A DNA stretch of 63,036 nt, filler included, from Octopus bimaculoides (taxonomy: Eukaryota): assembly GCF_001194135.2 (NCBI RefSeq). It is 9 parts of 8 records of this genome, joined end to end, with 100 filler letters (N's around TTAATTAATTAA, not from the genome) between each part and the next. Parts side by side here need not be neighbours in the genome. Positions count along the whole stretch, not along the records: positions 60,580 to 63,036 come from NW_026368702.1; 8 more parts are not named here. One strand, 5' to 3'. Below the pieces are notes generated by a model. That model had not been told where the DNA came from. It made no database searches and saw only the letters and a list, made by a program, of their open reading frames with translations. This document shows positions 62,601 to 63,036 of the stretch, piece by piece (within the stretch, counting starts at the first letter, position 1; each line of letters starts with the position of its first letter). The translations under genes and the position numbers were made by a program.

Positions 62601-63036
62601 ACGCACACACATGCACGCACACATTTTTGTATTATGCCACCCACCACTGCTTAACAAATAATAAGCACTGATGTACATAATTAATATATGTATGTAGATA
62701 AATTGATAGATGTACGTAATTGGAAGAGGTAAATCCATACTACATATGTTTCCAACCTGTTCTGAACTGAACATGATTTACGTTACCCATGTGTAATATA
62801 TATTCAGTTTAGCTTTTCTTGAGGTACGGTAACGTGCTGGTTGTGAGTTAGTGTCGCACGGGGAAAAGCTAAATATAATTTATACCTTTGGCAAACGTAA
62901 AATATATTTATATTGACTCGGAAAAGTATTTAGTACAGATAACGGTACATATAGGAATATATATATCTATCTATCTATATATCTAAGTGCGTATGTATAT
63001 ATGTATATATATGTGTGAATATATATATATATGTAT

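Overview
AT-rich, microsatellite-saturated eukaryotic genomic DNA. The repeat content is what I recognise from octopus (coleoid cephalopod) genomes; the species is an inference. I found no complete protein-coding gene, RNA gene or CRISPR array, and nearly all ORFs in the supplied track are artefacts of microsatellites or N-runs. The window is nine assembly segments joined by identical 100-bp linkers (44 N + TTAATTAATTAA + 44 N), so adjacency across linkers is not guaranteed. Most recognisable sequence is a transposon graveyard. It holds at least four tRNA-type SINE families (my labels A-D; family A carries an internal microsatellite). Retroelement fragments include three RTE-clade LINE pieces (one looks bipartite, 5'UTR joined to 3' end), two Dong/R4-type RLE LINE 3' ends, a Tx1/L1-type 3' end and a Penelope-like RT/GIY-YIG element with a decayed hammerhead-like motif. 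DNA elements include Tc1 (DD34E-like) and maT/DD37D-like mariner remnants, hAT MITEs, a foldback MITE and a probable Helitron end. Non-TE signals worth follow-up are a CpG-rich promoter-like island at ~8.9-9.4 kb (inverted pair of 10-bp E-boxes around a CCAAT box), a perfect 32-bp hairpin at 58.9 kb, minisatellites with alternating A/B higher-order structure, and a few low-confidence orphan exon candidates. I found no clearly novel biological system; the findings are leads.
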